From the NCBI GenBank assembly GCA_964035545.1, contig OZ037770.1, positions 12,328,642 to 12,392,641 of the forward strand: DNA of 64,000 nucleotides. The letters are read 5' to 3'. A model generated the notes under the pieces. The model was not told the origin of the DNA. It saw only the letters and a list, made by a program, of their open reading frames with translations, and made no database searches. Position 1 is the stretch's first letter. The number at the start of each line of letters is the position of its first letter. This DNA comes from Bugula neritina. Its lineage: Eukaryota; Animalia; Bryozoa. Shown here in pieces: positions 14,401 through 24,635 of this stretch. A program made the translations under genes and the position numbers.

Positions 14401-17400
14401 CCGGTAGATTCTAGATCACCAGGGTAAGCAGTATCGCGAAATATCAACCACTGCGACTAGAATGACACGATTTATATAAATAATCTGTACCAGGCCAGGC
14501 GTTGGCACACAAATTTCTGAGTTAATTAAATGCCCCGTTGCACTTGGAATTTATCAAACGTGTGGATTCGTTTGAACTCAAAAGTCCATTTATCTGGGTA
14601 GAAAAACACATAAATCTAGACACGGTATATAGATGCATGTGACGAGAGAGAGAGTGGATTAACAGGGTGTTGAGAGAAGAAGATCATTCATTTATCATCG
14701 GTGAGGTTCGTACATTGAATAAGTAACAGCACTAAATTATAATCAAAGACCAGTTGAGTCAACAGCACGGTGAGAGAAAATACCAAACGTGATGGCTTGT
14801 AACCATGGTGATGGATCACATTTCAACTAAACATACATGTCTTATGAATGATTTGTCACGAACGAAATAAACACAGTAACTCCATGTCTGGAACTAGTAG
14901 AAAAATCAGCAGTAGAGTTCCTAGCAAATTAAATTTACTACTACTAAAAACACAACTGGTACAATTCTACAGTTACTACTACGTCTAATATCATTATTAT
15001 ACAGTACGTACAAGGGTTAACTACCACTACTTGTCACTAGTATACAGTACGTACAAGGGTTAACTAGTGGGGACTTGGCTTGTTTCTTTATAGTGTATGA
15101 CACAAAGTCATCATGACACGTGTCACTCTCATTGTAGAGTCCATGTTTCAACCTGCTGTCATATGTCACACTGCCAATTCCACTGGACGAATCATCTCCA
15201 GGCTAAAATGGATTACAATAATCATGCACTAAGTTACACACCACCTTGAGACACTGCTATTATAAGATTATTAATTAGCATAACATATCATATCATATAA
15301 GGTGTCATACAATGTAAACTGTAAATTGTCATACTATGTAAGGTGTCATACTATATAAGGTGTCATACTATGTAAAGCGTCATACTATGTAAGGCATCAT
15401 ACTATGTAAGGTGTCACATCATTTAAGGTGTCATGTTAAATAATGTGCTGTACGAAAAATAAGGTGTCATATCATATAAGGTGCCATACCATATAAGGTG
15501 TTATACCATATAAGGTGTCATGTTAAATAATATGTGGCATTACCCATATTGTATATCACAACTACCACGTTATAAGCTAAATATTGTAAGAGCTCAGGTC
15601 TGGTAAAATTATGGCATTTATTGGCTACAGGTTTCTAGTTTATCAATATTTTTCTCCCCAAAAGCTTAAAACTATGCCTCTTACAAAGTTCTGAAAGGAA
15701 ACAAGAAACCGTCGGCAAGTGTTATCCAAATGCGTCATGAAATACAAAACCTTTTTGATGTAAAGTTTCTAATTTAGAAAAATTGTTGACCAAAGCATGC
15801 AAATGCTTTTGACGTACAAAGTTTGTTTTATGTAACATGTTATGACATTATGCAACATTTTGTAACTTTTTGCTCCTATAAATAAGGCTAGACAATGTTG
15901 TGCAAGGTACAAAAATAATTTCAGGTCATCATTCAAGTAGGAATGTGTATATAACTTGATCAAAAGATATGTAAGCTGTGAGATGATTGGTTAAATTTAA
16001 TTAGGCAATACGAGCTTACTGTAAAAAATACCCAACTCAACAATACACTATTATTATGTGGGTTTCCTCATTTTACCAATCAACAAGCTTGTGAATGTGT
16101 TTATTAATTGGATAACATAATTATACAGCTGGTTGCCATGACAATTAAAATTTAAACATTGAAAACAGGTCATCTAAGCAAACACTCTTAGAATTGATCA
16201 TATACATATATTTAAAGGTCATTGCCACTAAAACACAGCCACAGTTATGTTGTGATTCAAAATTATGCTGTAATTTTGAAACAATAACAAAAAAACAACA
16301 AGGTATTATGGGAAAATGTTACTCAGTCTCTGGCAAACAAACAAACAAACAACTGAATTGATTAAATATGACTTAATTTTAGACAAACTACTGAAACATT
16401 CATAACCTGAGCTCATACAAACCCATTAAATAATATACTAAGTAGTAGTGAGATGATAATACATATAACACAGGCTATACTTACATATAGTTTACCGTTG
16501 GGTTCGCCAGATGCCCCGTCCCCACTACTTCTTCTGCTATCCAATGTAGAACTAATGCCAACACCGAAATGTTTCCTGTGTAAAATCAGACTGCATTAGA
16601 AAAGGCCGTTAAGTTAAACGTTAAGCACTATGCATTGTCATGATTGTTGCACGTAACGCATCTTCTAAATGTTGAAACATTCATCAGGGAAAAGCACTTT
16701 AGCTATGGTGTTAAGTTTTGATTAAAAATGATAATTTCACAGTTTAGGCTTTAGACCAAATGACACATATACAACCTAAATTTTTTTTATCTGTATATTT
16801 TACAACAGAGATAAAATTATTCAAAACTTGAAAGATGTAAAACGTGCTATCTGATGACATTATAAAGTATATATTTATTATTTTTGCAACAAAAAAGACT
16901 CTCAAAACTTGAAAAATTTAAAAAAGTTGCAGTTACACTTGAATCAATCTTACATGTTTTTTTCCTTCTTTTTGGCAGTACCAAACTGAGCCCTCACTTC
17001 GTCTATCTCCTCCTGACTCACTTCCTTCTTCACAGGGGGTCGGTGCAGGGTGCTCATGCTGACGCTGCGCGAGTTGAGAGTGCTGCCGAGGTTAGAGTGC
17101 GTGGGAGTACTCTCAACAAACTTGGGTTTCTCTTGGTTCAAGGCTTTGAAACAGCTGGAAAGTAGATAATACACGTTTACCACTAAACCTCCACTAATGT
17201 TAGGGAATAAATTGAGCATCAAAAATTATAACAGAAAATTTGGCTCAAAAGCCAAAGAAATGTTCCCTGTTGTCACAGCGTCTAATAAAAGGTATGCCAT
17301 AGTATATAATTCGTTAGATATCAGTGGATGATTATAAGAGCCAATATGCAAATTTTAGAAACACAACTATTTGATGCTAGTTGGAAGCAAATCAAGCTAC

Positions 17401-18342
17401 TAGAGGTGGTAAGGTTTGTCTGATTGCAATAAGAACCATATTATAGCTTACATGTATGCCATGTTATGGTAATACATTATCTATATAACAACATCTGTAT
17501 AGCTACAGAATACTAAAGTATGCATTATGCAAATTTTTCAGAATTTCCAACAGAATATTAGAATTGTCTCCACGTTTAAAAACAAAACAATCGAAGAAGC
17601 TAGAGATAGGTTATCAAGATTCGTGTCAGGAAATGAGTAATTTAGCATTCACGAGTTAAACATTTATCATAGAGCAGGCGAACTGGAACGAATGAAATAG
17701 AAACAGTAAAGAAAAGACATACCATCTGTTTACCAACATAACCACCAGAATAATGAAGGCTACCAACACCACAGCTATGATAATCCATATGATTGCCCAT
17801 TGCCATGAGTCGTATCTCTTCTGCCAGGGTTGTGCTGTAATGGAGAGATAAAGCTGAACGTTGTAAACACAGCCACTGGGTATACTTTAAGAGAAAACTC
17901 CCCATAAACCTTAGCGAAAAAAACTCAGTTCAACCCAAGAACTGACTAATCAATTTGATTTTTCTTCAAAAGGAAATTGTGAATTTAGTTTCTGTAAAAA
18001 GAGTAACTTTGATAAAAATAAATGAATTGTGGAAAACATTTTGCCTCACAAATCAATTTAACCTTCCTCCAGAAATAACAAGAAAATAAAAAGCACATAA
18101 TCGAGGATAGGAGGCAGACATCTTGAAACACAATTGTACGCTTCACGTAGCCATCTCAAGTTTTAATGCGTTAGTACTTAAACTAGATGCCAGATAAAGA
18201 TAATCTGACGGCAACACAACTGGCTGTAATAAACTCTACCCCTGGTAACTGTCAAATGTAGTTGGCAGTCTAAAGTACTCCTTCTTCTGCAACTTATTCA
18301 TCTGACGAAATTAGTAGTGGCAGTAGTAATAGTAGTAGTAGC

Positions 18343-18376
<34 letters not shown>

Positions 18377-18377
18377 A

Positions 18378-18457
<80 letters not shown>

Positions 18458-18473
18458 ATAGTAGTAGTAGTAA

Positions 18474-18536
<63 letters not shown>

Positions 18537-18569
18537 CAGTAGTAGTAGTAGTAATAGTAGTAGTAGTAA

Positions 18570-18602
<33 letters not shown>

Positions 18603-18663
18603 CAGTAGCAGTAGTAGTAATAGTAGTAGTAGTAATAGTAGTAGTAGTAGTAGTAGTAGTAGC

Positions 18664-18713
<50 letters not shown>

Positions 18714-18782
18714 CAGTAGTAGTAGTAGTACTAGTAGTAGTAGTAGTAGTAGCAGTAGTAGTAATAGTAGTAGTAGTAGTAA

Positions 18783-18815
<33 letters not shown>

Positions 18816-18876
18816 CAGTAGCAGTAGTAGTAATAGTAGTAGTAGTAATAGTAGTAGTAGTAGTAGTAGTAGTAGC

Positions 18877-18938
<62 letters not shown>

Positions 18939-18995
18939 CAGTAGTAGTAGTAGTACTAGTAGTAGTAGTAGTATTAGTAATAGTAGTAGTAGTAA

Positions 18996-19042
<47 letters not shown>

Positions 19043-22000
19043 ATAGTAGTAGTAGTACTAGTAGTAGTAGTAATAGTAGTAGTAGTAGTAGTACTAGTAG
19101 TAGTAGTAGTACTAGTAGCATTCTACCTGTTGGAACATCTGTGTTCACAATGCGAGGTGTGGTTGCCCTCCCTTGAATACACTCATAGTCTATGACAGCC
19201 GCACATCGTTTGCCCAGCTGACTCTGTTTGAAGGTGCAAGTCGGCTCTCCCGTGCAGCTGCTGACCAGGTAAGATTTGATTGCCTTTAGGGACGCGGCAT
19301 CACACGCTGTCACACCAGGACAACCGCTGTCTGCCACCACGTCGGTGATTTCCACCCACTTGTTGGCCTGAGCATCGCATTGAGGGGAGACCAGAGTACT
19401 GATGCATAGGGTGGCTTTCTCTGTATACACTCCTGTATATATTATAACATCTACTATATACACTCCTGTATATAAGATGACAACGTATACTGTATATATT
19501 ACAACATACACATTGTATATTTTACAACATATACACTGTATATATTACAGCAAATATATATGCTATATACTATAGCATATACACTGTATATATTACAGCT
19601 TATACACTGTATATATTACAGCATATAAACTGTATACATTCCAGCATATATACTGTATACACTCAAGTATATATACTGTATACACTCAAGTATATATACT
19701 GTATACACTCAAGTATATATAGCTACAATAAAAACTATCTATTTTACATTCTAGTATACAATACCACAACAGAGAAAAAAACATTCTAAATTGAATGTAT
19801 CATTTAATGCAAAGATGGTAAAATCAGTTCTTCATAAATAGGAGAAATGCTGCATAAAACTGTTTAATAATTACAAATTAAAAAACTAAATGAATACTTT
19901 ACATGGTTTATTTATAAACTGAAATTTCCACTTGACAAAAATTCTAATTCCAAGTCCTTCTGTACCATTTCTTTGTAAATTATGGGCCAAAGTACTGCCC
20001 CAACATTTTAAAGGAGCAAAAACCATCTGACTAAACCCTGGTAACTTTCACCACTAACCTCTATATAGTCTATTTGAATTGGGTAATAATTTATGTTCCC
20101 AATTTCAAAATAAGGCTATTTACACTTTAGACTATGCATAAAAAGGGCTAATTTAACCATAAATATTAGAATACATAGACAAGGTGATGCATAAAATTAA
20201 AATAAATTCAGTCAAAAAGACCTAAATTGACAATGTTCATATTGACTGGGTCACGATCTAAGCTAAATGATGACAGACTGGTGAATCACATTTCCTTACA
20301 GCTCATATTGCAATGTGAGATGATTATACCAAATCATGACTTGAACCATGGTAGAAGTTTGAATGAAATGATCTAATAGTTGGTTCAATGGCTGAACTAA
20401 ATGGCGGACATTTTCGGTTGATGAATTTGAAAAAAAATGAGTTATAGCCTTCATTTGTGCAGAGTATGAAAACGTATAGTGTTAGAAGGACTATTTAGAC
20501 AGAGTTACGCTTGAATGGAGATCTAAAAGGCAAATGGTCAAGTTTTGGTGCTGATAAATTTCTTGGTGTGATAATAGACTTGTGCCAACAGAGAAATAGA
20601 TTTGGAATACATTATTATGCAGCTGGTAAAAATTGTGAAATGTAAAGCATGGCCTGATTTAAATGTTGCTTCAGCCATTTCCGTGTGGATTTTCTATAAA
20701 AGGTTTACATTAATAAAACAGTTTATTTTTCTCATAAGATTGTGCGAGAAATACTTTGAAATTGACAAGATTTGTAATGTACCCATGTTTGTTTGTCAGC
20801 TAGTTGCATTTGTTTTCTCACTTGACAGCATGCATACCCTGCGCTTTAAACCTTTTTGGGAGCTTAGTGATTAACATGAGTGCTGCAACAGCATGGAAAT
20901 CCGCCAATATAATATGCTTGAATAAATCAATGCAGCATAAATGTAACGAATCAGAGAGTATTTACGATTACCTTCCAAAATGGAGGTTGTATTCATTAAC
21001 TCACCACATCAGAAACTACTTTCACAGGAATTTAATTTCTTAAAATCATATTTTTTTCAAAATAAACTCAACACTTGGAAAATAATTTGGATGGAAAATA
21101 AAAATTTAAAGAAAATTTGAATAAAATTCTTAAATTAGGCTCTTTGAACATGATAACTATACTACCGCAACTGATACATTTACGTAAAATCAAATGCAAA
21201 AGACGCAACCCATAACTATTTCATGGTTATTGCAAAACCTCTTCCCTATTGTGAAATTGTTTCGCACACAGAAGTATTTCCTAATTTATACCTGACTACC
21301 TGTAGATGTCAATGATTAATATGCATACCTAAAATGAAAATTACTTGCTAGATTAGGCCACACTTTGACAGTTTGCTGAAAAGTAGTGATAGTTAAAGAA
21401 TCCATGCTGCACTTCATCTATGCAGTGCCTACTAACATCTATAGGGACTGTTTGAGGGTTGTGCGCTCCAAACAGTTTGTTTTATAACACTAATAGCAAC
21501 TATTTCATTGTATGCTATTCTTCACCGCTGCTACACACTGCCTAAAATTTAAACTTGTAAACCAGCTGAGTGATGGAACGAAAGTCAGCTATAACTAGCG
21601 TTAGTTTTATAACAGCACAGACACCATAGCTTAACGGTGTTAAGAAAACTGAATATCGTTACAGGAAAAACCAAAGCATAGCATAGCAGTACTATTTAAA
21701 ACACATATACAGCCTTCACTGGAGGTAGAATCACTGACTTATTTGTAAAAATAAACCTTTAACTATTGAAATTATCAACAATGCTTGGATGGAAAGTTGT
21801 CTTCTATTGAGAGGAAGTTACATTGGAAATCTATGTTATATTTACAGTAGCATGGAGTTTAGACTGCTTTACCTGGAGAAATTCTTGTAATGTTAATTTG
21901 TGACGAGACAAGACCACTGGCGAACCTAAAGGCCAAGTTATTAGATAAATTTATTAACTGAATGGTATAAATTTATTATTCTACAACTATATTATAAAAA

Positions 22001-24635
22001 TTCAGGCCATTCATTTCAGTTTTACAAGAACTGGCCCCTTTGATGTACAATGCTCTCTCTAAATTTCACAATCCAATTTTAATGAAATTAACTAGGTCAC
22101 CAGAAGGGCTTGAACCTCATTTGTGGCTCATGTGTGTATGTATATTGGGACAAAATGAGCAAATTTAATGGATCAGTGAGCTAAATTTGATTTTTTACCA
22201 AGTCGAGAATTGAGGTTTTGAAACCGCAGCTTAGTGAGATACGGAGGAAGCATAGCCATATTTTTATAACTTAAAATGTACTGTTCTTGCGCAGCAGGGT
22301 TTAGTTTTTGTGGAAAGACACACTTGGCTAGAAGGAGCACAAACTACTTGTTTGCCAAACAGTGGTATTGAGACTCCCAAAGCACTTGCCAGTGCATGCC
22401 ACGAGAAATGGAGGAGAGAGGAGGTAATTAGTTAGATTGTCAGATAAAAAGGTCCACAATGACAGTATTTTATGCATATTTCCAGCAAAGTTGGCACGAG
22501 AATAATTTAGCAAAATGCCAGTTCCGAGAGAAAAAGACCATCTTGTAAGAAAAGATCCAAATTATTCTAGCAAATTACATTTATTTCCTCTTCTAATCGT
22601 CTTGAGATGGGAAAATATGGCAGATTGGATCTCGGAGGCATACTGTTGGTTTGATTTTGCTAACAGGAGTTGCGATGGGATTATAGAGCCTAGAGGATTG
22701 CTCCATATTAATGATATAAGAATGAATAAGATTAGCATAATAATGGCGTCCTTCCACATGTTGAAAAATAGCAACTGTCTATATACTAGTAGCAAGCAGC
22801 TGGAATGACTGGAGGTGTATATGGCTGTGCTAAAGTTACTATAGCGTTAGACTAAAATAGAAGTCCGGTAGTGCTAGGTAACAATTCCTAATATGTGAGT
22901 GACAGGGTTGAATAATGAGGCATTTCCAAGTCAACACTTGAACTAGAAGTGATTTCATTTCTAAGGAAGTGGCTTTGATAGAGTTGTATTCCATAGAGAT
23001 GTTAAGGATTGCTGGTACATATGACACTTTGGTTGACTGCTTTAGATCAGAAACTACGACTAGCTTGTATATGTGAGAACTATAGTTTCAAAATAATCAC
23101 AATATCCAGCTAAATTACTTGAAGCAATTGACAAAAAAGTAAAATATTTAACCTCTATTTTTTATTTGAATGATATAATTATTGCCTTCTATTCCAGATC
23201 GAAGACTAAACAGTCTAAACTGAGTATTGTTTTAGTATTTGAGCTCAATGTTTTCAAGTTGACCTAGTTTCAACATCTTTATTATACCTAATCCTTCATA
23301 ACACATTCTAGATATCCACAAAACTAGAATAATTCTTTTTAAATAAAAAAATTCATAAGTTGTACCTGCAGGAGAACACAATTACTAAACTATAGGCAAT
23401 TTAAAGATTTAATGCTAAATTAAAAGCTCTTAATACTATTTGCTTGGTTTTTTTATATGCTCCTACTAACTGTAATATGTAGTAACTATACTGTAATATA
23501 TAGTAACTATACTGTAATATATAGTAACTATACTGTAATATATAGTAATTATACTGTAATATATAGTAACTATACTGTAATATATAGTAATTATACTGTA
23601 ATATATAGTAAATATACTGTAATATATAGTAACTATACTGTAATATATAGTAATTATACTGTAATATATAGTAACTATACTGTAATATATAGTAATTATA
23701 CTGTAATATATAGTAAATATACTGTAATATATAGTAATTATACTGTAATATATAGTAATTATACTGTAATATATAGTAACTATACTGTAATATATAGTAA
23801 CTATACTGTAATATATAGTAAATATACTGTAATATATAGTAACTATACTGTAATATATAGTAACTATACTGTAATATATAGTAACTATACTGTAATATAT
23901 AGTAATTATACTGTAATATATAGTAAATATACTGTAGTATATAGTGAATATACTGTAATATATAGTAACTATACTGTAGTAAAAGCTTAAACTAATATAC
24001 CAGTTTGCAAATTATAGACTTTCATGATTTCGGAGTAACATAGAGTTATCTGGCTTACAAAACACAGCCTTAAAATGACTTGGGCAGTTGAAACAACTTT
24101 ACTTGTAAATGAGTTTGAGCCTAGCAGTATAACTCAGTGAGTCAAGACACAATTATTATTTTTAATTTTTGCTGCGTCACAGATTTTTCTGCTATGATCT
24201 CTTATTCATAGCATCCTAGTTTCTCTAGGCTGGTATGGATAAGCCTCTTCTCCAGATGTATGTGTATACTATAGCAGTGCTATCTGTGAAGTCTATGTGT
24301 ATAATGATTAGAATTACCACAGGTGTGTCTGTAGATATATGAAGAAGTGTGCAGCAGTGGTCTAGGGGTTAGAGTGTTTACTTAGTAAACACGAAATCAT
24401 GGGTTTGAACCCCTGTAAAGGCCATTAGTGACCTTAAGAAGAGCATCCAGTCATAATTGCTCCTGTGTCACATATGAATAAGTCATTTAATAGAAAAACC
24501 TTTTCCATTAGGGGTCCTCACGTGGATGGTGATTGTAAATCTACATAAGTTTTTATCTGTAGATATATAATTTACTTGATCTTACTCACCTGAAAATAAA
24601 ATCGGTAGAAAGACAAGAGAGACTGAAACCTTCAT
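11481..24635 (-). CDS. Type-I single-pass membrane protein: signal peptide, divergent SUEL/Gal_lectin-like Cys domain, TM helix, long Tyr-motif cytoplasmic tail (~579 aa, 9 coding exons)
   Basis: Exons (minus) 24635-24590, 19432-19127, 17834-17723, 17154-16954, 16575-16485, 15202-15055, 13950-13799, 13597-13516, 12082-11481; phases consistent, total 1740 nt. Signal MKVSVSLVFLPILFSGVYT; ectodomain C..AASLKAIKSYLVSSCTGEPTCTF...C..VIDYEC resembles the SUEL C-terminal half; TM WAIIWIIIAVVLVAFIILVVMLV followed by NRCCFK. Gene model well supported; the lectin assignment is by motif resemblance only. Confidence 0.78.
12735..12880. repeat. Degenerate (ACT/ACC)n trinucleotide repeat
   Basis: Direct reading. 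Confidence 0.9.
15290..15530. repeat. ~20-bp minisatellite (TAAGGTGTCATACTATATG-like)
   Basis: About 12 degenerate tandem units. Confidence 0.85.
18313..19120. repeat. (AGT)n microsatellite with higher-order AAT/AGC variants
   Basis: ~800 bp, begins a few nt inside the intron after the lectin exon donor. Confidence 0.99.
19433..19720. repeat. ~22-bp minisatellite (ACACTGTATATATTACAGCATAT-like)
   Basis: Degenerate tandem units abutting the lectin exon acceptor. Confidence 0.85.
23467..23980. repeat. 21-bp minisatellite (TAACTATACTGTAATATATAG)
   Basis: ~24 near-identical head-to-tail units, no spacers. Confidence 0.97.
24341..24555 (+). mobile_element. tRNA-derived SINE, family A, copy 2
   Basis: A-box-like TGGTCTAGGGG, B-box-like GGTTTGAACCC, shared body AGAGCATCCAGTCATAATTGCTCCTGTG; 13-bp TSD TCTGTAGATATAT (24328-24340, 24556-24568). 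Confidence 0.85.

Noticed and set aside
18294-19195. Poly-Leu and poly-Val ORFs
   Set aside because: (AGT)n repeat; only 19127-19432 is a real exon, bounded by splice sites.
20266-20396. C/D box snoRNA (ATGATGA...CTGA)
   Set aside because: Antisense to the host gene, no terminal stem, no recognisable rRNA guide.
22562-22795. Minus-strand ORF with a signal-peptide-like start as an alternative first exon of the receptor
   Set aside because: The plausible donor joined to the 19432 acceptor creates TGA; no homology recognised.
23457-23990. 21-bp array as CRISPR or as a YSNYTVI repeat protein
   Set aside because: No unique spacers, no cas genes, eukaryotic intron; plain minisatellite.
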